NCBI GenBank assembly: GCA_035281385.1
Contig: DATEDZ010000021.1
Span: forward strand, 2,047-66,046
Origin: Polyangiaceae bacterium
GTDB lineage: Bacteria; Myxococcota_A; Polyangia; Polyangiales; Polyangiaceae
Direction of reading: 5' to 3'
DNA: 64,000 bases
Both the position numbers and the translations under genes were made by a program. Below are positions 9,185 to 19,056 of this stretch, in pieces; position 1 is the first letter of the stretch, and every line of letters starts with the position of its first letter. A model generated the notes under the pieces. The model made no database searches. It worked only from the letters and a program-made list of their open reading frames with translations, and was not told where the DNA came from.

Positions 9185-11308
9185 TCACGCCAGGCCCAGA
9201 GCGACCAGCATGCGATCAATCAGCCAAATGAACGGGAACGGTGCGATCACGCCGCCGACGCCGTAGATGAGCAAGTTGCGTTTGAGCGTCTCGACCGCGC
9301 TCTGCGGGCGGTACGAAACGCCGCGTAGAGCCAGCGGGATGAGCGCGATGATGATCAGTGCGTTGAAGATCACCGCAGCCAGGATCGCCGACTGCGGATT
9401 GGTCAGGCGCATGAAATTCAAGCCGCCTAGCGCCGGGTAGGTCAGAAGGAACATGGCCGGGATGATGGCGAAGTACTTGGCCACGTCGTTGGCAATGCTG
9501 AAGGTGGTCAGGGCGCCGCGCGTCATCAGCATCTGCTTACCGATCTCGACCACCTCGATCAGCTTGGTGGGGTTGGAGTCCAGGTCGACCATGTTGCCGG
9601 CCTCTTTGGCGGCTTGCGTGCCGCTGTTCATGGCCACGCCCACGTCGGCCTGTGCCAACGCGGGGGCGTCGTTGGTGCCGTCACCGGTCATCGCCACCAG
9701 GCGTCCGCCTTCTTGCTCAGAACGGATGTAGGTCAGCTTCATCTCCGGCGTTGCCTCGGCGATGAAGTCATCGACGCCTGCTTCGGCCGCGATGGCTGCC
9801 GCGGTCAGGGGGTTGTCGCCGGTGACCATCACGGTCTTGATGCCCATCTTGCGGAGTTGGGCGAAACGCTCGTTGATGCCGCCCTTGACGATGTCCTTGA
9901 GCTGGATGACGCCCAGCACCTTGCCCTTGTCGGCGACGACGAGCGGCGTGGCGCCCTCGCGAGCGATGAGCTCCACTGCGCTTGCGACATCGGCCGGCAT
10001 GCTGCCACCGTGCGATTCGACGAACTGCTTGATGCGGTCGGCGGCGCCCTTGCGGATCTGCCGACCGTCGACGTCGACGCCGCTCATGCGGGTCTGAGCC
10101 GTAAACTCGATGAACTGGGCCTTCGGAAGCTCGGCGCCCGTCTGGCTTGGGACGCCGTGCTGGTCCCTGGCCAAGGCGACGATGCTGCGGCCCTCGGGCG
10201 TCTCGTCGGCCAGCGAAGCCAGCTGAGCTGCCTTGACGAGCTCGGTCGCTATTACGCCAGTCGCCGGAATGAAGCGGGTCGCCTCGCGATTGCCGTGCGT
10301 GATGGTGCCGGTCTTGTCGAGCAGCAACGTGTTGACGTCGCCGGCCGCCTCCACGGCCTTGCCGCTCATCGCCAGCACGTTGTGCTGCATCACGCGATCC
10401 ATGCCGGCGATACCGATGGCGCTGAGCAGGCCGCCGATGGTGGTCGGGATCAGGCAGACCAGCAGCGCAACCAGCACCGTCACAGTCGGCACGCTGCCAC
10501 TCTCGCCAGCCGCGTACTTGGCGAACGGCAGGAGCGTCAGTGTCGCGAACAGGAAGATGATGGTGAGGCCTGCGAGCAGGATCGACAGCGCGATCTCGTT
10601 GGGTGTCTTCTGGCGCCTGGCGCCTTCGACGAGCGCTATCATGCGATCCAGAAAGCTGTGCCCCGGATCCTGCGTGACCCGAACGACGATGCGGTCCGAC
10701 AGCACCTTGGTGCCGCCGGTGACGGCGCTGCGGTCGCCGCCGGCTTCGCGGATGACGGGCGCCGATTCGCCGGTGATGGCCGATTCGTTGACGCTGGCGA
10801 TGCCTTCGACGATCTCGCCGTCGGCAGGGATCATGTCATTGGCTTCGCAAACGAACAGGTCGCCTTTGCGCAGCTCCGGCGCCGCCACGCGTTCCTCACG
10901 CTCGCCAATCAGCCGGCGCGCGATGGTGTCCGTCTTGGTTTTGCGCAGCGAGTCGGCCTGAGCCTTGCCGCGCCCTTCCGCCATGGCTTCGGCGAAGTTT
11001 GCGAATAGGACCGTGAACCACAGCCACAAGCTGACCTGGCCGACGAACAGCGTGTCGGCGGCGCCCATGGCCAGGCCCCGGATCCAGAAGTAGGTGGTGA
11101 TGGCGCTACCGACCTCGACCACAAACATCACCGGATTTTTCATCACCAGGCGCGGGTGCAGCTTGACGAATGCCTCCTTGATGGCGCGCCGGACGATCGG
11201 GCCCTCGAACAGCGCGCGGGGCGCGTGCTTGGGCCGCACCGTGCGTGCGGGCCCGGCGCTGGCGATGGGGGACGAAGCCGGGTGCTCCTTAGCTTTCTGC
11301 GTGGTCAT
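9185..11308 (-). CDS. kdpB: K+-transporting P-type ATPase subunit B
   Basis: [40 protein letters not shown]. Confidence 0.98.
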   Translation of the reverse strand: MTTQKAKEHPASSPIASAGPARTVRPKHAPRALFEGPIVRRAIKEAFVKLHPRLVMKNPVMFVVEVGSAITTYFWIRGLAMGAADTLFVGQVSLWLWFTVLFANFAEAMAEGRGKAQADSLRKTKTDTIARRLIGEREERVAAPELRKGDLFVCEANDMIPADGEIVEGIASVNESAITGESAPVIREAGGDRSAVTGGTKVLSDRIVVRVTQDPGHSFLDRMIALVEGARRQKTPNEIALSILLAGLTIIFLFATLTLLPFAKYAAGESGSVPTVTVLVALLVCLIPTTIGGLLSAIGIAGMDRVMQHNVLAMSGKAVEAAGDVNTLLLDKTGTITHGNREATRFIPATGVIATELVKAAQLASLADETPEGRSIVALARDQHGVPSQTGAELPKAQFIEFTAQTRMSGVDVDGRQIRKGAADRIKQFVESHGGSMPADVASAVELIAREGATPLVVADKGKVLGVIQLKDIVKGGINERFAQLRKMGIKTVMVTGDNPLTAAAIAAEAGVDDFIAEATPEMKLTYIRSEQEGGRLVAMTGDGTNDAPALAQADVGVAMNSGTQAAKEAGNMVDLDSNPTKLIEVVEIGKQMLMTRGALTTFSIANDVAKYFAIIPAMFLLTYPALGGLNFMRLTNPQSAILAAVIFNALIIIALIPLALRGVSYRPQSAVETLKRNLLIYGVGGVIAPFPFIWLIDRMLVALGLA

Positions 11309-11328
11309 GATTCTTGCCTCCGGCCGCC

Positions 11329-13140
11329 TCAGTGCGTCGCGAGCGCGTTCATCTGGAAATGCTCGACGACCGGTCCGAGCGCGAGACCGGGGAAGTAAGT
11401 GAGAGCGCCCACGATCAGCACCACGCCCACGAGCAGGCCCGTGAACGTGGCGTTGTCCGTGGGGAAGGTGCCCGACGTGATCGGCACGGCGGCTTTCTTG
11501 GCCAGCGCACCGGCCATGGCCAGAAGCGGGATAATCATCAGGAAGCGTCCGATCAGCATCGCCAGGCCCAGGGTCGTGTTGTAGTAGGGGGTGTTGGCCG
11601 TGATCCCGGCAAACGCGGAGCCGTTGTTGCCGGTGCCGGACGCGAATGCGTAGAAGATCTCACTGAAGCCATGCGCGGCCGCGTTGTTGACGTTGTTCAT
11701 GGTGCCGCCGTAAACGCTGTCGCTGCCACCATAGGCGCTGCCGGGCCAGGTGTTCAGAAACGCCCACGCGCCCTCTTTCGGCAGGTCGAGCGTGCTTGAA
11801 AGCGCGGTGAACCCGAGCACGCTGGCGCACAAGACGAGCGTTGCCAGCATGGCCATTTGCACTTCGAACTTTTGGATCTTCTTGCCGAGGTATTCGGGCG
11901 TGCGACCCACCATCAAGCCCGCGATGAACACCGCCAGCACCGCGAACATCAGCATGCCATAGAGGCCTGCACCGACGCCGCCGAAGATGACCTCGCCGGT
12001 CAGCATGTTGAACAGCGGCACCAGGCTGCCGAGCGGCGTGTAGCTATCGTGCATCGAGTTGACGGCGCCGCAGGATGCGCCCGTGGTGACGGCGGCGAAC
12101 AGAGCCGAACCGGGGATGCCGAAGCGCACCTCCTTGCCCTCCATGTTGCCGCCGCTCTGCGTGGCCGTGGCGGCAGTCTCGATGTGCGCGGCAGAGAGGT
12201 GAGGCGTGCCGTGCTGCTCGGCGCTGGTGGCGATCAGGATACCGGCGAGTCCCAGCGCTGCCATCGCCCCCAGCACGGCCCATCCTTGTCTGGTATTGCC
12301 CACCATTTTGCCGAAGGTGTAGGTGATGGCTATGGGGATGCTCCAGATGAGGAGCAGCGTGAAGAAGTTGGAAAGCGGAGTCGGGTTCTCGAACGGATGT
12401 GCCGAGTTGGCGTTGAAGATGCCGCCCCCGTTGGTGCCGAATTGCTTGATGATCTCTTGGGAAGCCACCGCGCCGAGCGCGATGGTCTGCTTGCCGCCTT
12501 CGAGGGTGGTGAAGGTGGCATAGCCATCGAAACTTTGTGGCACGCCCATGGCAACGAACAGCAGCGCGCCCACGAAGCAGATCGGGAGCAGCACATAGAC
12601 GGTGCAGCGCACCACGTCCGCCCAGAAATTGCCGATACCGTCAGCGCTCTTGCGCGCGAAGCCGCGAATTACCGCGATCGCGATCGCGACGCCGACGGCG
12701 GCCGACGCCCAGTTGTGGATGGCGAGGGCGACCATGTTCGAAAAGTACGACACCGTCAGCTCGGGCGAGTAGCCTTGCCAGTTGGTGTTCGTTGTGAACG
12801 AGACAGCCGTGTTGAACGCCAGGTCGGGCGTCATCTGCTTGGCGCCGAAGCCCTGCGGATTGAGGGGCAAGTAGCCCTGCAGGCGCAGCGCTGCATATGT
12901 AAACACCAGCGAAGCCAGCGAGAACATCAGCATCGCCGTCGCGTACTCAGTCCACTTCATGTCCCGGTTCGGCTCCACGCCGAGCAGCCGGTAGGTGCCG
13001 CGCTCGAGCCAACCGAGCGGCTTGTGCAAGAAGGTGCGCTCACCCTCGAACACCTTGACCATGAACGAGCCGAACGGCTTGGCGATCAGCAGCAGGATGC
13101 CAAAGAATAGAACGAGCTGAGTGATTCCGAGGGGGGTCAT
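11329..13140 (-). CDS. kdpA: K+-transporting ATPase subunit A
   Basis: [49 protein letters not shown]. Confidence 0.98.
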   Translation of the reverse strand: MTPLGITQLVLFFGILLLIAKPFGSFMVKVFEGERTFLHKPLGWLERGTYRLLGVEPNRDMKWTEYATAMLMFSLASLVFTYAALRLQGYLPLNPQGFGAKQMTPDLAFNTAVSFTTNTNWQGYSPELTVSYFSNMVALAIHNWASAAVGVAIAIAVIRGFARKSADGIGNFWADVVRCTVYVLLPICFVGALLFVAMGVPQSFDGYATFTTLEGGKQTIALGAVASQEIIKQFGTNGGGIFNANSAHPFENPTPLSNFFTLLLIWSIPIAITYTFGKMVGNTRQGWAVLGAMAALGLAGILIATSAEQHGTPHLSAAHIETAATATQSGGNMEGKEVRFGIPGSALFAAVTTGASCGAVNSMHDSYTPLGSLVPLFNMLTGEVIFGGVGAGLYGMLMFAVLAVFIAGLMVGRTPEYLGKKIQKFEVQMAMLATLVLCASVLGFTALSSTLDLPKEGAWAFLNTWPGSAYGGSDSVYGGTMNNVNNAAAHGFSEIFYAFASGTGNNGSAFAGITANTPYYNTTLGLAMLIGRFLMIIPLLAMAGALAKKAAVPITSGTFPTDNATFTGLLVGVVLIVGALTYFPGLALGPVVEHFQMNALATH

Positions 13141-13143
13141 GAG

Positions 13144-13230
13144 TCAGAACTTTTCCGGCGCGAGCAGCGCGTAGAGCAGGTAGCCCAGCAGGAAGCAGAC
13201 TGCGGCACCGAGCCAGAGTGTCTCAATCAT
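13144..13230 (-). CDS. kdpF: K+-transporting ATPase subunit F
   Basis: Manual translation MIETLWLGAAVCFLLGYLLYALLAPEKF (28 aa); typical YLxYALxxPExF end; directly upstream of kdpA. Confidence 0.92.
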   Translation of the reverse strand: MIETLWLGAAVCFLLGYLLYALLAPEKF

Positions 13231-13324
13231 GGCCTTGTCCTCGCAGTTTCTCGCACGCGTCGACGTAGGCCACCGCCGTGACGAAGAACGCGATCGCAAT
13301 TGCGATGAAGATCAGATCCATCAT
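13223..13324 (-). CDS. 33-aa single-TM peptide upstream of kdpF
   Basis: Manual translation MMDLIFIAIAIAFFVTAVAYVDACEKLRGQGHD; RBS GAGGA; overlaps kdpF start. Confidence 0.7.
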   Translation of the reverse strand: MMDLIFIAIAIAFFVTAVAYVDACEKLRGQGHD

Positions 13325-13383
13325 GAGTTTCCTCAGTTCTCAATGCAGCCTTCGAGCATCGCCAGAAACATAGCTACGTAGAG

Positions 13384-13431
13384 ATCAGGATTCTGTAAAA
13401 ACGAGGCCGTTCTGGATCACGAACCCATAAA
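13384..13431 (-). promoter_or_regulatory. Two putative KdpE boxes in the kdp promoter
   Basis: Minus-strand TTTACAGAATCCTGAT (13384-13399) and TTTATGGGTTCGTGAT (13416-13431). Confidence 0.7.
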
Positions 13432-13557
13432 GAGCGTCGTTTGGCAGCGAGCTGCTTCACGGTCCGTGCCAAACGCTCACGTGCGGGCAGCGATCGAGTT
13501 GACGAGGTCCCAGGCGATCTGAAAAGCTACCCGGCACATTGGAAGGGAGTAGTGGAC

Positions 13558-13791
13558 ATGCTCAAGAGCCCTATCGTCTTGCTAACCGCAACTGCGCTTT
13601 CCGTCGGCGCGTGCGGGGCCGCGCCTGCCAAATCACCGGAGCCATCGCCCTCGAGCACGGCGGCAGCGCCGGCCGCGACAGGGTCACCCATCGCCCACGT
13701 TCTTGCGTTCGGCAACGACAACGTCGCCGAGCCACTGGAGATGGTCCCCTCGCAGGTCACAACGTCCAAGGGTCGCCATCGCGCGCAATAG
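13558..13791 (+). CDS. Short or truncated lipoprotein
   Basis: RBS GGGAG; lipobox LSVGAC after a hydrophobic stretch; Pro/Ala linker then early stop. Confidence 0.4.
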   Translation: MLKSPIVLLTATALSVGACGAAPAKSPEPSPSSTAAAPAATGSPIAHVLAFGNDNVAEPLEMVPSQVTTSKGRHRAQ

Positions 13792-13874
13792 CTGCGCAAT
13801 GTGGGCACGGGCGGCCTGGGGATCGGGCTGGGCGGTCGAAACTCGCTGAAGTAGCACTCGCCTTGTGCACTCGT

Positions 13875-14768
13875 TCATAGGAAGCGCGAGCGCTGAGGCT
13901 GCCGCGGGCTAGACCGAGGACTGCCAGGATGATGCCCGTGTATGTTGCACGGCCGCGTGCCGGCACGTTTGGCGCGTGCTTCTCGAAAGCTGCGATCCAC
14001 GGCTGGGTGGAAGTGTGCTGTGAGGGCGTTGGGATCGTGCTGTGTTGGCTCGAGCGCTTCCTCGATGACGTCGAGCAAGCGCTGGGCCGACTTGCGGATG
14101 GACCTTCGAGCTTCCTCATTGGGGCATTGTTGCAGGATGTGCTCGACCACTGCGTTGAGCTGCCGTGTCGCCTCGTGAAGCGCGAAGAGAGGCGGGTGAT
14201 CAACGGTGCTTTCGTGGAGCGCTCCGGCAACGAGTGGGGGGCGGAGGGACCAGCCTGCTACGGCTTCGCTCAGCACATCATCGTCAGCGAAAGGCTCGTT
14301 GGTTCGGTCAATGGTGGTAGCACTGGGCACGTTTGCAAGTAGAGCCACGCGCGCGCGCTCCAGGGCGCCGGCTCGAAGGATTCCGTCGAAGAATTCTGGT
14401 GCTTTCTTTCGGGAAATCGAGAAGCGGTCCTGCTTCGATTCGTTGAGCGCAAAGAACCACAACCCGTCGGGTGCCAGTTTGTCGAGAACGTGATCGAGGA
14501 GGCCCTTGTCAGGATCTCGGTTACTCGCCGTCGCCTCATGGTTGGACGCGCTCTCGAATGGGCTCTCGTCGAGCTGTGGAGGCATGAGATGCGAGTCGCT
14601 TGAGATGGGAGTCTTGCCGATCAGTGCGACGTTCACCTCAGGATGCGTGAGCAGGGCGCGAGCGGCTATCGCGATATAGCGTTGGGTGAGATCCTCGAGA
14701 TCGAGGAGGGCCTCTGCCGTGTGGGCTGACGTGGCACCGATGTCATCGAGGATTGATGCGTTGGCCAT
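13875..14768 (-). CDS. Hypothetical protein
   Basis: 297-aa ORF with globular composition; no recognised motif. Confidence 0.5.
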   Translation of the reverse strand: MANASILDDIGATSAHTAEALLDLEDLTQRYIAIAARALLTHPEVNVALIGKTPISSDSHLMPPQLDESPFESASNHEATASNRDPDKGLLDHVLDKLAPDGLWFFALNESKQDRFSISRKKAPEFFDGILRAGALERARVALLANVPSATTIDRTNEPFADDDVLSEAVAGWSLRPPLVAGALHESTVDHPPLFALHEATRQLNAVVEHILQQCPNEEARRSIRKSAQRLLDVIEEALEPTQHDPNALTAHFHPAVDRSFREARAKRAGTRPCNIHGHHPGSPRSSPRQPQRSRFL

Positions 14769-14915
14769 GCCCAGAGACTAAATCTGCATTGCCAGGGCAC
14801 CAACATTTGGGATCGGGTGGGGGTGGCGTCGGCGCAACGTGGGGTGGGACGGAAGGAGTCTGAATTTCTTCGTCGCGTCCCAGACGAGTCGCGTTTATCC
14901 CGCGCGCGGGATAAG

Positions 14916-15104
14916 AGGCACACCTTCTGCTCGCACCTCGCGATGCGGGGGGCGGCGCCGAAGGCGATTCAGGAGCTGGTCGGGCACAGCACGCTGACCA
15001 TGACGCTCAGGTACATGCACCTGGCGCCGAGCGCGCTGACCGAAGCCATCGGGCTGCTCGACTTTGGGCAGCCGGTGGGCAGTGCGGCGAAGGCCGCGGT
15101 TTGA
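14916..15104 (+). pseudogene. Tyrosine integrase C-terminal remnant
   Basis: RHTFCSHLAMRG...IQELVGHSTLTMTLRYMH (R, H, Y catalytic boxes) with no intact upstream integrase sequence. Confidence 0.85.
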
Positions 15105-16435
15105 AGTAGCGAGAACTGTTCGGAAGTATCAGCGGAGAGGGAGGGATTCGAATTCTTCTCGTGGTTTTCCCACGCAGTTTTACGCAGTTTTTGGGGTATC
15201 GGCGGGCCGTTTATCGGCGCCGCGTCGCCTCCGGAGGACGTTTTGGACGATTGTTGGACGATTCCAGTGAGCGACTCCGGCAGCGGAGCGAACGGCGAAC
15301 CGATGCTCGCGCCGGCCGCCAGGTGCCCCCTGCGGATGTAGATCAATGTCGTCGCGAAGTCGGTGTGGCCCGCTCGCTCGCGGATGGCGTTGTCGGTGTC
15401 CCCCCGCATGGCCATGTACGTGATGCCCGTCGCCCGGAGGTCGTGGAAGCGCAGGGCTCGCGAGCCCTTCCGCTGGTGGTGCAGAGCGTGCCGCTCCACC
15501 TTGGCGGTCATCAAATCGGCGCGGAGCCAGTCGTAGGGCCGGTCGAGGGTCTCGAAGACCAGGTCGCGGGTCCGGCCCTCGGCCGCTCGCTTGAGCGCAG
15601 GCACCAGAATCGGCTCGATGGCGAAGTGCCGAGAACGGCCAGTCTTCGTGTACTCGTTGAAGCGCTGTTTGTCCGAATCCCAGGCCCGGTAGACCCGGAC
15701 CATCCCGTGCTGGATGTCCACGCCCTGCCGCCAGAGCAGGCCCAGGACCTCGCCTGGACGGCAGCAGAAGTAGACCGCTGCGGCGTACAGCAGACGCCGC
15801 TCGACCGGTACGTCCTCGCAGGCGAGGAGCTGCTGAAGCTCCACGGGGAACAGCCACTGGCGCTCGACCTCGGTGGGGCGATCGGGCGGTTGCACGTCCT
15901 CGGCCGGGTTCTTCTTGAGCAGGCGGAGCTCCCGCTTCTTGGAATGCGCGAGGTCGCTGAACATCTTGGACGCGACGGCCCAGCAGTTGATCGCGTTCTT
16001 TGCGCCGAACGTGACCGAGTCGTCTTCGACCTTCTCGTCGAGCTTCTGCACGAGGTCGCGCAAGTCGTCGGCCGTGACCTCGTCGACGCGCTTCTTTCCG
16101 ATGACCGGTTTGATGTGAAGGCGGTAGCGGTAGAGATCGGAGCGGATCGATTTCACCTTGCCCATGCGCGAGGGGATCCAGAGCTTTTCGAAGTACTCGT
16201 CGCACGTCGGCAGCTTGCTGAGCGGCTCGAGCTTCTTCTTGGGCGGCTCCCAAACGCGGCCTTTAGCTGCCTCGGTCATCCTGAGTGCCATCTCGCGAGC
16301 GTCCTCGTCCGACATGCTTGGATCGAGCGGTATTCGCGGGCGCACTGTCCTACCATTCGCGTCCTTCGCCGTGATGCGGGCGAAGAGTTTGTCGGGCGCC
16401 GGCCGCGAGATGGTTCCCTTAAGATTGCGCGACAT
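14969..16435 (-). CDS. Tyrosine recombinase/integrase with att core inside its 3' end
   Basis: SAM-like domain, CCRPGEVLGL, TKTG, FHDLRAT, AGHTDFATTLIY; SNPSLSA near the C-terminus is the translated tRNA fragment. Confidence 0.93.
   Translation of the reverse strand: MSRNLKGTISRPAPDKLFARITAKDANGRTVRPRIPLDPSMSDEDAREMALRMTEAAKGRVWEPPKKKLEPLSKLPTCDEYFEKLWIPSRMGKVKSIRSDLYRYRLHIKPVIGKKRVDEVTADDLRDLVQKLDEKVEDDSVTFGAKNAINCWAVASKMFSDLAHSKKRELRLLKKNPAEDVQPPDRPTEVERQWLFPVELQQLLACEDVPVERRLLYAAAVYFCCRPGEVLGLLWRQGVDIQHGMVRVYRAWDSDKQRFNEYTKTGRSRHFAIEPILVPALKRAAEGRTRDLVFETLDRPYDWLRADLMTAKVERHALHHQRKGSRALRFHDLRATGITYMAMRGDTDNAIRERAGHTDFATTLIYIRRGHLAAGASIGSPFAPLPESLTGIVQQSSKTSSGGDAAPINGPPIPQKLRKTAWENHEKNSNPSLSADTSEQFSLLQTAAFAALPTGCPKSSSPMASVSALGARCMYLSVMVSVLCPTSS
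15131..15152 (-). other. att site: 3' fragment of tRNA-Ser
   Basis: Minus-strand TTCGAATCCCTCCCTCTCCGCT = T-loop, 3' T-stem and acceptor stem typical of tRNA-Ser; 5' T-stem absent, so not a full tRNA. Confidence 0.8.
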
Positions 16436-16791
16436 CAGCCAACCTTCCTTAGACCGGCGCGTTCGAGCGCGGCTTCAATAGAACCATCGGTCTTCCGCAC
16501 GGCCGCTCGCTCAACGGTTGCGCTCGGGTTCTCATCGTCCGGACTATCCGCGGCGACCATGGGGTCGACGCGAGCGGCTTCGATGTAGCGATGCATCGCC
16601 TCACGCTCTACCAGAATTCGGCCGCCGCGCTTGTAGCCCGCGAGCTTGCCGCAACGGACCAGCTTGCAGTGCGTGGCCGAGGGCAGCGGTGAGTTGTGCT
16701 GGTCGTAATAGCGAGCGTCGCTGCTCAGCGACTCGAGCTTGTCGGCGACGTTATCGGCGAGCTCGTGGAGTAGATCGCGGAGGCGGCTCAT
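16435..16791 (-). CDS. Excisionase-like winged-HTH protein
   Basis: KLVRCGKLAGYKRGGRILVEREAMHRYIE wing motif; stop overlaps integrase start. Confidence 0.75.
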   Translation of the reverse strand: MSRLRDLLHELADNVADKLESLSSDARYYDQHNSPLPSATHCKLVRCGKLAGYKRGGRILVEREAMHRYIEAARVDPMVAADSPDDENPSATVERAAVRKTDGSIEAALERAGLRKVG

Positions 16792-17214
16792 GGCTCGGCC
16801 CGCCGGGTTCGCGCCTTGGATGTCAGCAGCCACCCACATCGTCGCGGTCGTGAGGTTTGCCAGATCGCTCGCGGGGCGCCAATGGGGTCTTGAGCGTGGC
16901 GGCGATGGAGCCGAAAACTCGGGTCGCTGGAGTGGACTTTGCTCCGCTGGCGAGCAATCCGACGCGATGCGCCAGCGACGTGTATGGATAGCCTCGCTGT
17001 ACAACTGAGGTAGCGGTCGTGCTTCGGCACTCCACTCGGGAACGCGGCCGCGGGCGCACCTGTCCGCCCCGCCGAAAAGGTCTTCGACATGGTCCCAGCC
17101 TTCGGCGATCTTCATGGCAGATGTCGATCGAGAGTCGCAACAAAATCTGCTGAGCGCGCGGATTGCTCGGTATATCTGCGAGGCGGCCCGTCGCGATCAC
17201 TACGATGGTGTGGG

Positions 17215-17580
17215 CTAGTCGTCGTCATGAGCGCGGCGGAGCGAGGCGATGCGTTGAAGCTTACGCAGCGCGCGCTCCTCGATTTGCCGAACGCGTTCTC
17301 GACTGATCCCAAGGATTGAGGCGACCTCTTCGGTCGAATGCTCTCCTTCGTTCGCGACGTCGAGCGCACAGTCGCGCGTCGGGTTCAAAAGGTGCTCGCC
17401 GTACCCGCGGTGCTCGAGATGATAACGGCAAAGGGTATTGCGGCAGGCAGCTCTATCTTCGTGGGAGCATTCGTCGACCAAAGGGAATCGCCGCGTGCGC
17501 TGGACCAACAGCTCGACGCCGTGGATGTCTGCAGCGCGCACGCGTCCATCCGACCCAGTTGGTGACCCGCCCTTGGGCAT
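17215..17580 (-). CDS. Sigma70 region-4 HTH protein with Cys/His N-terminal module
   Basis: CRNTLCRYHL...DCALDVA followed by STEEVASILGISRERVRQIEERALRKL; start uncertain. Confidence 0.8.
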   Translation of the reverse strand: MPKGGSPTGSDGRVRAADIHGVELLVQRTRRFPLVDECSHEDRAACRNTLCRYHLEHRGYGEHLLNPTRDCALDVANEGEHSTEEVASILGISRERVRQIEERALRKLQRIASLRRAHDDD

Positions 17581-17670
17581 CGCGACAAACCTCGCGATCG
17601 GTCGGAATTCGCAAACGACGACACACCTCGCCCCGCGAGCTATCCCGCTATCCCAACCGTCGCTGTTTTT

Positions 17671-17709
17671 TTGCGGACGTGAATATGGCGCACCATTGAA
17701 CGTCCGCAA
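17671..17709. repeat. Inverted repeat with 10-bp perfect arms
   Basis: TTGCGGACGT (17671-17680) / ACGTCCGCAA (17700-17709), inner ATGG/CCAT. Confidence 0.75.
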
Positions 17710-17857
17710 GCGAGAACGGATTCCGGAATGGAGAAATCGTTGCGGCGCCAACGTGAGCCCCGGTCCTCAATTCCTTCCCACAACTCAGCCTCTCCAGAAC
17801 TAAGTACTAGACCGCGTCGGTGCGTTCGCACTCAAGCCGCGTCATCACGTTCGAACG

Positions 17858-18301
17858 TCAGACCGCGTCGGATCGCGACTCCGCCGAATCGTCGAGAAAC
17901 CCGCCTTCAACGGCCTGCTTTACCACCTTTTCTGGCATTTCGACCTCCTTCCAACGTCGGGTAGCTCCGGGGTCGTAGATGCAGAGCGGGTGGTGGGCTG
18001 CGGTGTTGCGCTTGCCCCAGGGACCGCCGCTTTCGGGGTCGAACCAAGCCCGGCATTGGCAATCACGCCAAGCCGGGTTGTTGGCGCACTGGTGGCGTTC
18101 GACCTTCTGGAAGGGCGGCGTCGCGAACTTAATCTGCGCGAGCGGATTTACCCACGCGACGACGAAGAGCCGGTCACTACACACGGCGACGCCTGTCTTT
18201 CCGTAGGTGTGCGCCAGCCACGCTGCCAGCTTGTGGCGCGCGTCGCGATTGATAGCCCACGCGCGCGTGAGCGGCGTCGAGAGGCGATGAAAAGGTGTCA
18301 C
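17858..18301 (-). CDS. Hypothetical protein with one CxCRxW...HHPxC motif
   Basis: DCQCRAW...HHPLC; ATGA coupling to the ParB gene. Confidence 0.7.
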   Translation of the reverse strand: MTPFHRLSTPLTRAWAINRDARHKLAAWLAHTYGKTGVAVCSDRLFVVAWVNPLAQIKFATPPFQKVERHQCANNPAWRDCQCRAWFDPESGGPWGKRNTAAHHPLCIYDPGATRRWKEVEMPEKVVKQAVEGGFLDDSAESRSDAV

Positions 18302-19050
18302 TTAGTCAGCCCCTTTGTTTCACCAGAGAGGTACTGCAGGATGGAAGCAAGGAACGGCGTGTAGATGGGGTCCACGCGTAGCCCACTCACACCCTCTTTC
18401 AGACGACGGTAGCGAGCCCATACGGTCTCCTTTTCGGTACGCTTCCGGGCGGGCCTGCCGACGCGGCGTGCTGGCGTGCCCAGCATCTGTTCGAAGAGCC
18501 GGAGTTGGTTGGCCTCGTCCGGCTCCCCCTCGTCGTCGAGCAGCGCGGCCAGGCGAAGCAGCCGCTGCGCCGGGAACGTGCTTGGTGGCAGCTGGGATAG
18601 CCGGACCACGACGGCCGGCGAGAGGTTGCGGGCGAGCGTGATCGCGGTGGAGACGTGGCCGGGCGTCTTGCCGATCCGCCCGGCCACTTCCGCTTGCGAG
18701 AGGCCGGTTTCGCAAAGGTTCACGTACTTCCTGCCGAGCTCCCACAGCGCCACGTCCTCATGCTGGACGTTCTCGACGAGCGCCTCGTACTCGCCATCCG
18801 TGCGCACCACGAAGCACGGGATCTCGTCGCTCTTCAGTCGGCCTTGCCCCTTGAGTAGCTTCAGAGCTCGGTAGCGGCGTTCCCCAGCCTTGATCTCGTA
18901 GACGCCGCCGAGCTCACGCACGACCAGGTTGGTGAGCAGGCCGTAGGTTGCGATCGATTCGGCTAGGTCCGGGATGCGCTGGAAGGTTCGGCGAGCTTGA
19001 TCGGGATCAGGCCGGAGGCGGTCCAGCCGGATGCTTTGGATGTCGGCCAT
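18298..19050 (-). CDS. ParB/RepB/Spo0J-family protein
   Basis: PDPDQARRTF, LAESIATYGLL, AGERRYRA, ENVQHED, HTH SQAEVAGRIGKTPGHVS. Confidence 0.92.
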   Translation of the reverse strand: MADIQSIRLDRLRPDPDQARRTFQRIPDLAESIATYGLLTNLVVRELGGVYEIKAGERRYRALKLLKGQGRLKSDEIPCFVVRTDGEYEALVENVQHEDVALWELGRKYVNLCETGLSQAEVAGRIGKTPGHVSTAITLARNLSPAVVVRLSQLPPSTFPAQRLLRLAALLDDEGEPDEANQLRLFEQMLGTPARRVGRPARKRTEKETVWARYRRLKEGVSGLRVDPIYTPFLASILQYLSGETKGLTK

Positions 19051-19056
19051 GGCCGC

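Noticed and set aside
15100-15230. Complete tRNA-Ser gene
   Set aside because: Only the T-loop and 3' strand are present; upstream bases (GAAGAA) cannot form the T-stem
16788-17200. ORFs 16788-17090 and 16823-17200 upstream of xis
   Set aside because: No motif and poor composition; the ATGA overlap alone is not enough to call a gene
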